DNA of 17,468 nucleotides from Bacteriovoracaceae bacterium (GTDB lineage Bacteria > Bdellovibrionota > Bacteriovoracia > Bacteriovoracales > Bacteriovoracaceae). Positions 8,813 to 17,251 of this stretch are shown here, piece by piece. Below the pieces are notes generated by a model. It worked only from the letters and a program-made list of their open reading frames with translations, searched no databases and was not told where the DNA came from. Each line of letters starts with the position of its first letter. Positions within the stretch are counted from its first letter, which is position 1. Both the position numbers and the translations under genes were made by a program. The stretch is from the NCBI GenBank assembly GCA_041586955.1, contig JBFGZE010000074.1, forward strand, positions 1 through 17,468, read 5' to 3'.

Positions 8813-10401
8813 TATTGGCCTCTAAAAGTTGGAGCACCTGCAAGGTTAGTTTGGTAGAAGTCTCCAAACTTTTCCATTTGTTTATGGAAAGAGGCCGCCA
8901 GATTTTGGGCCTTGGTGTCAAATTCCTCTTTATTCGACCAAGCTTCCTTAGGGTGAAGTAAGGATGTGGGAACGTTGCGAACGGCTTGAGGAATTTCAAA
9001 TCCAAAAATAGGATCTTTAGTTGTAGGCGCCAGGTTTAGATTATTCGCCTGGATTGTGCGAATAATATTACGAGTAATATTAAGAGGGAAGCGCTGACCG
9101 ACACCATAAGCACCACCAGTCCAGCCTGTATTGATGAGCCATACTTTGATATCGTATTTTTCAAGATAATGACCTAGTAACTCAGCGTAGACACTGGGGT
9201 GTTGAAGCATGAAAGGAGCACCAAAGCAGGGAGAGAAAGTGGCCTGAGGCTCTTTCACTCCAATTTCAGTACCCGCCAATTTCGCTGTATAGCCTAGAAC
9301 AAAGTAAAACATCGCCTGTTCTTTTGTCAGCTTGGCAACTGGAGGTAAAACACCAAAAGCATCAGCACTTAAAAAGAAAATATGCTTAGGGATTTTACCT
9401 TGGCTACTCGTCTCAAGTTCCTCGATAAAGTCAAGAGGATAGGAGGATCTACCATTTTCGGTAAGAGTGTTATTAAAGAAGTCGGGATCACCAGTTGTTG
9501 GATCAACGATCACATTTTCAAGCATAGAGCCAAATTGACTAGAGGCCTTGTAAATTTCCGGCTCACCTGTTTTAGAGAGCTTATAGGTTTTGGCGTAACA
9601 GCCGCCTTCGAAATTGAAGACCCCGTCATCGCCAAGACCGTGTTCATCATCACCAATGAGAAGAGAGCCTTCATCTGTAGAAAGAGTTGTTTTGCCTGTG
9701 CCAGATAGGCCGAAGAAAACAGAAACTTCGTCATTTTTCAACTTATTGGCCCCTGCGTGCATGGGAAGAATATTTCTATCGGGAAGCATATAATTAAGCA
9801 CGCAGAACATACTCTTTTTAATTTCACCAGCATAAAAAGATCCGACAATAATGGTAATCTTTTGATCAAAGCATGTGGTAATGACAGTTCCAGATTTCGT
9901 TCCATATTCATCTGTATTGATTTCGAGATCTGGTGCATGCAGGATAGTGAAATCGTCATTATTGAGTTGGCGCTCTGGAGTACGAAAGAGGTATTTCGAA
10001 AAGAGTGCATGCTGAGGACGGTTGGTAATTAAGCGAACACCGATATTATGCTCTTTATGAGCGCCAACACTTCTTTCTGTAATAAAAACTTGTTCACCTT
10101 TATTAAGGTGCCCCAAAACCGTTTCTTTTAATTTATTAAACGTTTCCGTACTCATTTCTGAGAGCGAGTTTTCCCACCAAACACTTTTTTCTGTTGTCGG
10201 TGTTTTGACGACGTATTTATCATTGGCCGAGCGGCCAGTATGTTTACCAGTTTCAACAACGAGAGCGCCGTGTTTGGTTAGCTTTCCTTCTCCGTTGCGA
10301 ACGGTTTTTTGAATGAGGTAGTTCATGGGGGCATTAAACTCAATTTTCTTATTCGGAATATCAAGGTTTAAACCTAAGTTACTGTAGAATTCTCGATTCA
10401 T
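8812..10401 (-). CDS. pckA: Phosphoenolpyruvate carboxykinase (ATP)
   Basis: TGKHTGRS, YAGEIKKS, MHAGAN, FFGLSGTGKTTLS, LIGDDEHG, FNFEGGCYAK, TENGR, DAFGVLPP, FSPCFGAPF, NTGWTGG. GGAG SD. Confidence 0.98.
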   Translation of the reverse strand: MNREFYSNLGLNLDIPNKKIEFNAPMNYLIQKTVRNGEGKLTKHGALVVETGKHTGRSANDKYVVKTPTTEKSVWWENSLSEMSTETFNKLKETVLGHLNKGEQVFITERSVGAHKEHNIGVRLITNRPQHALFSKYLFRTPERQLNNDDFTILHAPDLEINTDEYGTKSGTVITTCFDQKITIIVGSFYAGEIKKSMFCVLNYMLPDRNILPMHAGANKLKNDEVSVFFGLSGTGKTTLSTDEGSLLIGDDEHGLGDDGVFNFEGGCYAKTYKLSKTGEPEIYKASSQFGSMLENVIVDPTTGDPDFFNNTLTENGRSSYPLDFIEELETSSQGKIPKHIFFLSADAFGVLPPVAKLTKEQAMFYFVLGYTAKLAGTEIGVKEPQATFSPCFGAPFMLQHPSVYAELLGHYLEKYDIKVWLINTGWTGGAYGVGQRFPLNITRNIIRTIQANNLNLAPTTKDPIFGFEIPQAVRNVPTSLLHPKEAWSNKEEFDTKAQNLAASFHKQMEKFGDFYQTNLAGAPTFRGQ

Positions 10402-10646
10402 ATTTTCTCCATTAAGATTTAACTTTTATGCCCACTAAGAATAATCCCATTTAAGGGAAGGGGCTAGTGGAAATAGGCAAGAAAATGCGGAAAATGTGAA
10501 TGATTCAATGTGACAATAAGCGTCTTATGAAATTGAGAACTTCAAATAATGAATCTAGTCCTGCGTTATGAGTGTTCTCGTTAATATCCTCATAAAATTC
10601 AATAACAGGCCCAATGATATATCTTGAGAATAATCAGCAATTGACT

Positions 10647-10677
10647 AAAAATGGCCGGCAGGCATTTCCCAACGGCC
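10647..10677 (-). terminator. Probable intrinsic terminator of the 729-aa gene
   Basis: Minus strand GGCCG-TTGGG-AAATG-CCTGC-CGGCC-ATTTTT, 20 nt after the stop codon. Imperfect GC-rich stem plus U-tract. Confidence 0.55.
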
Positions 10678-10697
10678 CAGCTGACAAGAGAGATGGA

Positions 10698-12887
10698 CTA
10701 GCGAATACCCCAATCTTGATAGATTTTAGATGATCGCAAATAATCACGATAGGAGCAGGCCCTTTTGAGAAACGAGCTATGCATAAGTTTTGAGTTAATC
10801 CTCTTAGACGATGGGCCACCAGGAATAATGGGCCCAAGTTTTAGTCCAAGGCAGTATTTTTTATCGATTTTACTAGGCCATTTAGGGGCACTCAAGAGAC
10901 CAAAGCAGAGTTCTGTACGTGAGCGGCGGTGGATCTCTTTAATCATCCCAGAGGCATTTTTTTCTTTTTTGAGGAGCTCTTTAAGAAGAGTTTTAATGTT
11001 TTTTCGAAATACTTCAACAAAGCTTTCCATGGTGGCCAAGGTAATAGGGCGGGCCCTTTTGAGATCGGCCATAATTAAGGCATAATTATCGGTGCCACTA
11101 ATCTTGCTGAGCACATCGGCAAAGCGATCGGCCACTAAAAGTTGAGCTGCCATATTTTGGTCTTCCGGCGTCGCTCTTTTAAATAATTGCAGAAGTGATA
11201 AACGCACAATCATGTCTAAGCGACTCTGTAAGACGGCGACACCAAATTCTAATTCGGCTTCATTAAAGATTTTCTGCAGAGCTTCACGTGGCGAGACTCC
11301 GGTATCACCAAAGGTTGCTTCATTGATAAGGTCATTAATTCTCGTCAGTTTAGAAATAGTACTGGTGTATAGCTTGTCATAGACGCCTCGTTCAAAATTT
11401 CGAGGAACATTATTTGTTAAAAATTTAACTAAAGTTTCGACGGATTCTTTAGGACTTTTTTTCCACCGATTGGAAGATGGCTCCCAGGCACTGGTAATGA
11501 GCTTAAGCGGGTCCGGTTGTAGTGCCAGCGCCAATTCTTGATTAACTCTTTGCTTGGCCAGGTCCACCCATTGAAAATAACGAGATTGGAGGATCTCGTA
11601 ATTGGGAACAAAGGCGCCATTGGGCCATTGGCTAAATGGGTCAAACTCATTAAAGCCGATACCAAAACCCCCACTTGAGCGTGGTTGGGTACTAAGCCCT
11701 AAAAGATAAAAAGGCGCATAACTTTGAGTATAAATATCAAAAAGAGGATTGCCTCCCACGGAAGTGTTAGCAAAGCGGCTATTGTTGCCATCACTTAAAA
11801 GTTTATTGATGACAGAGCGGATGACAGACCATTTTTCGAGAGGGGTAACGGTCTTTTGGTAGAGAGGTCTATTTTCACCAATGATACCACTGCCTTTTGC
11901 TTTGGCGGAGCGGACTTTGGCCTCTCGGTTAAATACATTTCTCTGTCTTTCGGCATCTGCCGAGGTTGTCGCTTGGACTCCTGAACGAATTTGTGTCAGC
12001 CAATTAAGGAACACAGGAATTTCAATATCAACTAAGCGAACCGCTTTTTTTAATTCATCACGAGATCTCTCTCGGCGATTTACGGCCTTGTAATTAAGGA
12101 AGTGAATGGCATCATCCATTTCACACCAGCGATTGGATAAACTTTCCATCACACATTTATAGGCTTCAATGGCAGTTGAACTATTCGATAACTTTCGAAT
12201 TTTACTGGCCAGACGCCCTTTGCGGACGCCATCTACAATACTGCCAATAATGTCGGTACCGGCGGCGAGCCCTAGGCTGAGAGCGGGGTTAATACTTGAG
12301 CTGGCCGAGGTGATAGCAGCAGTCAATGAGCCAATATTACCTAAAAGCTGGGGCCTCTTTAAAAGACATACTTGGTTATTAACAATTTGCTCAATCGCAG
12401 AGTTACTAACAGTCACGATTTCTGACATGAGATGGGATTTGGATAGAGCTAATTGATTATCATAGGCGCGAATGGTGCCGATTAATCCCGCTCGCTGAAT
12501 TTGCAAATCGCTGAGCGCTGATTGCAATTGTTGGCGTACCATTGGGTCATTAGTACGGCTAAGCTGAAGGAGGATTTCTCGCTCCTGGGCCTCAATAATA
12601 TCTGCATCGATTCGATGGGAGTTAATATCTTCTAGACTATTAATTTTATAGGTGAGATTAGACAATTGGCCGATGGCACCAGCGACACTTTGGCAGTCGG
12701 GATCGTTGGCAATACTATTAATATTAACCATTAAGGCCTCGGCATCTCGCAGGGCCTGCTTGGTCCATTCTCCATGGGTTTTACAATTGGCGCTAAAAAA
12801 CTCTAGCATTTGCTCACCGGGAATAGTCTCACCATAGCTCTGGCCGATGGAGAATATAAGAAAAAGGATGATACCTTGTCGCTTCAT
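10698..12887 (-). CDS. Large secreted hypothetical protein (729 aa)
   Basis: Long ORF with GAGG SD, Sec signal peptide (MKRQGIILFLIFSIGQSYG), 8 Cys, and predicted helical/coiled-coil regions. No family recognised. Confidence 0.85.
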   Translation of the reverse strand: MKRQGIILFLIFSIGQSYGETIPGEQMLEFFSANCKTHGEWTKQALRDAEALMVNINSIANDPDCQSVAGAIGQLSNLTYKINSLEDINSHRIDADIIEAQEREILLQLSRTNDPMVRQQLQSALSDLQIQRAGLIGTIRAYDNQLALSKSHLMSEIVTVSNSAIEQIVNNQVCLLKRPQLLGNIGSLTAAITSASSSINPALSLGLAAGTDIIGSIVDGVRKGRLASKIRKLSNSSTAIEAYKCVMESLSNRWCEMDDAIHFLNYKAVNRRERSRDELKKAVRLVDIEIPVFLNWLTQIRSGVQATTSADAERQRNVFNREAKVRSAKAKGSGIIGENRPLYQKTVTPLEKWSVIRSVINKLLSDGNNSRFANTSVGGNPLFDIYTQSYAPFYLLGLSTQPRSSGGFGIGFNEFDPFSQWPNGAFVPNYEILQSRYFQWVDLAKQRVNQELALALQPDPLKLITSAWEPSSNRWKKSPKESVETLVKFLTNNVPRNFERGVYDKLYTSTISKLTRINDLINEATFGDTGVSPREALQKIFNEAELEFGVAVLQSRLDMIVRLSLLQLFKRATPEDQNMAAQLLVADRFADVLSKISGTDNYALIMADLKRARPITLATMESFVEVFRKNIKTLLKELLKKEKNASGMIKEIHRRSRTELCFGLLSAPKWPSKIDKKYCLGLKLGPIIPGGPSSKRINSKLMHSSFLKRACSYRDYLRSSKIYQDWGIR

Positions 12888-12967
12888 TGAATAACCTCAT
12901 AAATATAAATGTATAAAACTTTTTAAACGTGGTGCTGCAAAGGGTCAATGGTGAGGGGAGTATTTAC

Positions 12968-14737
12968 CTAGGCCTTGGGGATCTCAATAAAAAAGAGGGA
13001 GCCCTGTGATTTCGCATGATTAATGCCCACCTGGCCTTTATGTATGAGGGCAATATGTTTGACAATAGAGAGTCCAAGCCCTGAGCCACCAAGATTGCGA
13101 CTGCGGGCCTTATCGACAGAGTAAAAGCGTTCAAATAGACGTTGATGATGCTTTTCGGGAATGCCGGGACCCTGGTCCTCGACAATAAGGAGAAGGTTAT
13201 TATCTCGTCCTTGAGCTGAGATTTTAACTTGAGTGTCGGCCGGGCCGTATTTGATGGCATTATCAATAAGGTTAACCATCGCTTGCTCAAGCAGGTTGGA
13301 ATTGCCAAGAATTTTAATCTCTCCGTCAATATCAATTTTAAATTCGATATTCTTATCCAGCGCCTTTTTCTCACAAACCTCGATCGCTGGCAGAATAAAA
13401 GAATTAGCAGATAAAATTTGAAAATTAATATCGTCAATTTCACTTTCTTGTTCGATTTTTGACAACATGAGGAGATCTTCAATAATGGCATTAAGGCGAG
13501 TGGCATGCTTGGAAACAATTCCAAGAAATTTCTGTCGCATAGGCGGTTCAATATTTTCTTCATCTAATAATGTTTCAATAAAGCCTTGTATTGCGGTGAG
13601 AGGAGTTCTCAATTCGTGGCTAACATTGGCGACAAATTGTTTACGGTGACTTTCTAATTGTCTTAGCCGCGTAATATCGTAAAAAACCATTAAGGTCCCA
13701 AGAATTTCATTCGCTGATGAGTAGATTGGAGTTCCGTGAATTTGGACGATGCGATTATTTGTTAAGGTGATTTCTTCTTCAATGAATTGGTTTTTGTTAT
13801 GTATTTTTTGGCGTATTTCTTCCAAGATGGGGTTGCTAAAAACATCTCGCAAGGGACTTCCTTTAAAGTCCTTATGGATACTAATGCCGAACATTTCTAA
13901 AACGGCCTTATTCCAGTGCATGATATTACCGTCGATATAAAGGGATAGAACCCCTTCTCGCATACTGGAAAATACCGCTTCCCTTTCATTCCGCTGCTTC
14001 ACGATTTTATTGAATTGTTTATCGAGCTTATTACCAAGGTCATTCATACTATCTGCCAATTGAAAAACCTCTCGTGAGTGATTACCTGGCAATTCGACCT
14101 TGATGTTAAAGTCTCCCATCGCCATTTTTTGGGCGTAGGATTTCATGATTTCTAGGGGGTAACTAATTTTACGACTAAGCCATAAATTGACGAAGATTAA
14201 AATGATCGCGAGAATAACACCAGTTAAACCAAACTTTAAGGTGAGGGTTTCAATTGCTTGTTCTATCTTTTCCATGGGGAAAGAACCGCGCAAAACGGCG
14301 ATTATTTGATTATTTTTCTTCAAAGGAATGGCGATATAAAGAAGTGGACGATCTAATACGAGACTTCTTCGCACCGATTTTCCTAAAAGACCTTGAAGGG
14401 CCATTTTAATTTCATGGCTATTCTTTTGATTTTTCATTTCTTGAGGATTTGTTTTGGAGTCGCAGAGGACTTGCCCATTAATATTCACAAGAGTGATTCG
14501 GGTATGAGCAATTTCACCCATCTCTAGGCAGTTCCTTTGAAGAAACCTCTTATCTTGAAGAGAGCTAAGGACTAAAGGAGAAAGGAGGTTAAGCTTTTCT
14601 TCTAATTGTGCACCTTGATCTTCTAAGTAGAAATCACGAAAGGAGTGGCGAGCAAAGCCAATAAGAACAAAAATCTCTAAAAAGGTCACGATTAATAAGG
14701 ATGGGTATAATTGCCAGAATAATGGTTTATTTTTCAA
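12968..14737 (-). CDS. phoR: PhoR-like sensor histidine kinase (2 TM, periplasmic sensor, HAMP, PAS, HisKA, HATPase)
   Basis: H box FVANVSHELRTPLTAI, N box NLIDNAIKY, G1 EDQGPGI, LFERFYSVDKARSR, G2 GGSGLGLSIVKH. The TTG start overlaps the regulator's stop (TTGA). Confidence 0.8.
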   Translation of the reverse strand: MKNKPLFWQLYPSLLIVTFLEIFVLIGFARHSFRDFYLEDQGAQLEEKLNLLSPLVLSSLQDKRFLQRNCLEMGEIAHTRITLVNINGQVLCDSKTNPQEMKNQKNSHEIKMALQGLLGKSVRRSLVLDRPLLYIAIPLKKNNQIIAVLRGSFPMEKIEQAIETLTLKFGLTGVILAIILIFVNLWLSRKISYPLEIMKSYAQKMAMGDFNIKVELPGNHSREVFQLADSMNDLGNKLDKQFNKIVKQRNEREAVFSSMREGVLSLYIDGNIMHWNKAVLEMFGISIHKDFKGSPLRDVFSNPILEEIRQKIHNKNQFIEEEITLTNNRIVQIHGTPIYSSANEILGTLMVFYDITRLRQLESHRKQFVANVSHELRTPLTAIQGFIETLLDEENIEPPMRQKFLGIVSKHATRLNAIIEDLLMLSKIEQESEIDDINFQILSANSFILPAIEVCEKKALDKNIEFKIDIDGEIKILGNSNLLEQAMVNLIDNAIKYGPADTQVKISAQGRDNNLLLIVEDQGPGIPEKHHQRLFERFYSVDKARSRNLGGSGLGLSIVKHIALIHKGQVGINHAKSQGSLFFIEIPKA

Positions 14738-15429
14738 GACACCGTGTCCTTAAAGCGATAGCCAACTCCACGCACGGTCTCAATGAGGTTACCCTGAAGT
14801 CCTAGCTTTTTTCGCAATAAAACGATTTGTACATCTACCGAACGGTCAGTGATGGCATGGTTTTCACCTCTTACTAAGTCGACAATATTGGAGCGAGAAA
14901 AAACCTGGCCTGGCTTTTGGGTCAATATATGGAGAATTTGGAATTGGCCATAGGTCAATTTTATCTCCCCATCTTGAGTGGAAACTTTTCTTTTGATTGG
15001 ATCGATTTGAATGCCGCTAATTTGGGTCAGTTGGTTTTGTTCCTTTTGCCGCGATTGAGATTTTCTTAATTGAGATCTAATTCGGGCCATTAAAATTTTT
15101 GGACTGAAGGGCTTTGTTAAATAATCGTCACCCCCAAGATCAAGGCCCATGACCATGTCTTCTTCTGTTCCCTTGGCGGTAATAATTATAATGGGAATAT
15201 GTTTAAATTGAGGGTTGGCCTTAATTTTTTGGCAGACTTTAAGGCCATCAATTTTTGGTAGCATAATGTCGAGTAAGATAAGATCGGGCCTTTCTTTTTT
15301 TGTAAGCCTTAATCCCTCTTCACCGTCGCCGGCCAATAGAACATGATAATTTTCTTTAAGTAAGTGGAAATGGATCAGTTCTCGAATATCACTTTCGTCT
15401 TCGATGACAAGAACCTTAGAGGGGTTCAT
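14734..15429 (-). CDS. phoB: OmpR/PhoB-family response regulator (PhoB-like)
   Basis: Receiver domain VIEDE...LILLDIMLP...ITAKG...DDYLTKPFS and winged helix DRSVDVQI...LRKKL...IETVRGVGYRF. Directly upstream of the PhoR-like kinase. Confidence 0.78.
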   Translation of the reverse strand: MNPSKVLVIEDESDIRELIHFHLLKENYHVLLAGDGEEGLRLTKKERPDLILLDIMLPKIDGLKVCQKIKANPQFKHIPIIIITAKGTEEDMVMGLDLGGDDYLTKPFSPKILMARIRSQLRKSQSRQKEQNQLTQISGIQIDPIKRKVSTQDGEIKLTYGQFQILHILTQKPGQVFSRSNIVDLVRGENHAITDRSVDVQIVLLRKKLGLQGNLIETVRGVGYRFKDTVS

Positions 15430-15768
15430 AAAAACTCCATGGTTTTTTCCAAATTATCCAAATTGCTCTTAGTAAGCAAGACCAAAGCAAAAAGTTTTCA
15501 ATTTTAATTAGAATAGCGTTGCTTATTGCTCCGTGCGTAATAATTATTTTTTGTAATATGACAATTATGGCATCTCGTTAATTTGTAAAGATTTGAAAAT
15601 ATATTGATAATTAAATAATTAACATTGAATTTATTGCTAAAAAAACCGCTATTAAAGGTCATAAAGCGATGTAGGCAATTCAAGTGCAGATTCGGTTTTG
15701 CCGCAACCAGGTTGACCCTCATCATGCTCAATCGGAGCTTGGGTCGGCGTATGGTTTTAGGAGAGAGG

Positions 15769-16332
15769 ATGGAGATTTCATTTGAACAAACGAAAGAGAC
15801 AAGTATGAGTAATAAAGAAATGTGTATGCAATCGCCACAAGTGGCGAAGTTCGCTTCTCTTGGAATTTTGGCCGCAGAAAAAAAAAGCGGAGATCGGCGG
15901 GCGATAAGCAATAACGAGTTGATAGATATAAAGAAAATACCAGTAGGGAAGTTAAAGGTTCTTTTAGTTGATGATGAGGAGCTTATATGTGAGTTTCTCG
16001 AGTTGGTATTAGCTGATCATTTTGAAGTAACGGCAGTAAGTAATTCAGAAGTAGCACTTAAACTCATTTATACAGAAAGATTTGACGTGGTGATAACTGA
16101 TATAAAAATGCCCAAAGTCTCTGGAGATACAATTGCCATAGCAGTTAGAAGTGAGCAGCCGCACGCCCATTTGATTATTATGAGTGGGAATCTTCGAGGT
16201 AACCTACCGGTATCATTATTAGCATGTGAACCTTTTTTATTTTTGGCCAAACCTTTTTCCTCTCCAAAGGAGTTAAAAGAAGAAATATTTGAGTTTGTTA
16301 ATCGTGAAAAAGAGAGCTGTGGACAAACCTGA
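15769..16332 (+). CDS. Stand-alone receiver-domain (CheY-like) protein with an N-terminal extension
   Basis: KVLLVDDEE...DVVITDIKMP...IIMSG...LAKPFS. ATG at 15769 has an AGGAGAGAGG SD, making it a better start than TTG at 15625. An alternative start at 15804 is possible. Confidence 0.8.
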   Translation: MEISFEQTKETSMSNKEMCMQSPQVAKFASLGILAAEKKSGDRRAISNNELIDIKKIPVGKLKVLLVDDEELICEFLELVLADHFEVTAVSNSEVALKLIYTERFDVVITDIKMPKVSGDTIAIAVRSEQPHAHLIIMSGNLRGNLPVSLLACEPFLFLAKPFSSPKELKEEIFEFVNREKESCGQT

Positions 16333-16337
16333 TCCAT

Positions 16338-16367
16338 TTGTTTCGATTGATCACTTTATTGTATGAT
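16338..16367 (+). promoter_or_regulatory. Putative sigma70 promoter giving a leaderless mRNA for the binding protein
   Basis: TTGTTT(16338-16343)-N18-TATGAT(16362-16367)-N6-ATG(16374), with no SD. Confidence 0.45.
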
Positions 16368-16373
16368 CGCCCC

Positions 16374-17096
16374 ATGAAATCAATACTGCTTTTTCTATTA
16401 GTATTGGGATTTATACCTATAGAGGCAGGAACTTTACTTGTTGGGTTCAGCGATGTTCCTCCTCATATTACCATGAAACAAGGAAAAGTATTTGGCCCAG
16501 CGAAAGATTATATTGATATGGTGGCCAAGAAAGCGGGCCATAACCTCATTTGGGTTAAGGTTAATTCGAAAAAAGCAGTTGAAATGCTACTTGATGGTCA
16601 ACTCGACTTTTATTATGCATTCGCTCATTCTAGTAAACGAGATTTAAATCTTCAATTTGTGAATACTCCACTCGCGGAAACGATGTATTGTTTTTTGGTC
16701 CACAAAAATGACCCAATTACTTATGAAGAGATTATGAATACTTCGATCAAAATTTTAAGACCTCTTGGATTTGTTATCATCGACGCCTTAAGTAAAAAAA
16801 GAAATGATTTTATTGAAATTGGAGGGGTCGAGCATCGACCGCGACTCATTCAATTAATTTTAAGTAAAAGGGTAAGAGTTGCTTATCTCCCCGCATGTGA
16901 AATAACGAATGATATTGTTGGAAATGAAAATATTCGCATGATAAATATTAAAAATAGTAAAACCAAATTCTATTTTGCTTTTTCAAAAAAAGTTAAACCT
17001 GAGGTTGTTAAAAAGTTTGATGAAATTTTGGCAGAGCTCACCGAGCAGAAAAATAGTTATCTTGAATATTACAGCAGGACCCTCAAAAACAAATAA
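16374..17096 (+). CDS. Periplasmic substrate-binding protein (family 3-like), orphan
   Basis: Signal peptide MKSILLFLLVLGFIPIEA. DVPPH...G...DYI, EMLLDGQLDF, SSKRD, LIQLILSKRV and YFAFSKK follow the SBP_bac_3-like pattern. No permease or ATPase gene is adjacent. Confidence 0.78.
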   Translation: MKSILLFLLVLGFIPIEAGTLLVGFSDVPPHITMKQGKVFGPAKDYIDMVAKKAGHNLIWVKVNSKKAVEMLLDGQLDFYYAFAHSSKRDLNLQFVNTPLAETMYCFLVHKNDPITYEEIMNTSIKILRPLGFVIIDALSKKRNDFIEIGGVEHRPRLIQLILSKRVRVAYLPACEITNDIVGNENIRMINIKNSKTKFYFAFSKKVKPEVVKKFDEILAELTEQKNSYLEYYSRTLKNK

Positions 17097-17119
17097 ATTA
17101 TTTTCTAGTAATAAATGCC

Positions 17120-17153
17120 AAACGTACTATTTTTCTTAGTATGTTTATTTTTT
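17120..17153 (+). terminator. Possible intrinsic terminator after the binding-protein gene
   Basis: 10-bp AT-rich stem AAACGTACTA/TAGTATGTTT (one G-U pair), 7-nt loop, followed by ATTTTTT. Confidence 0.45.
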
Positions 17154-17251
17154 GATTCTTTACCTTTTCCAAAAAATGTTGAATATTTTTTAAAATTAAT
17201 GACCTTAGAATCTATTGGGCCCGTTTTGTTTTATTGGTTTTTTATTTTTCC

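Noticed and set aside
10432..10470. CCACTA/TAGTGG inverted repeat in the pckA upstream region as a riboswitch
   Set aside because: Only a 6-bp stem, with no recognisable riboswitch consensus.
12964..13563. 199-aa alternative-frame ORF inside phoR, plus the other short nested or antisense ORFs in the track
   Set aside because: They overlap well-supported genes and have no recognisable motifs or ribosome-binding sites.
15555..15575. Pho box upstream of phoB (minus strand TGCCAT...TGTCAT)
   Set aside because: The half-sites are 9 bp apart rather than the 11-bp period required.
15504..15911. 135-aa minus-strand ORF, and the TTG-15625 extension of the receiver gene
   Set aside because: The composition is not protein-like and the ORF is antisense to the receiver gene. 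A much better SD supports ATG at 15769.
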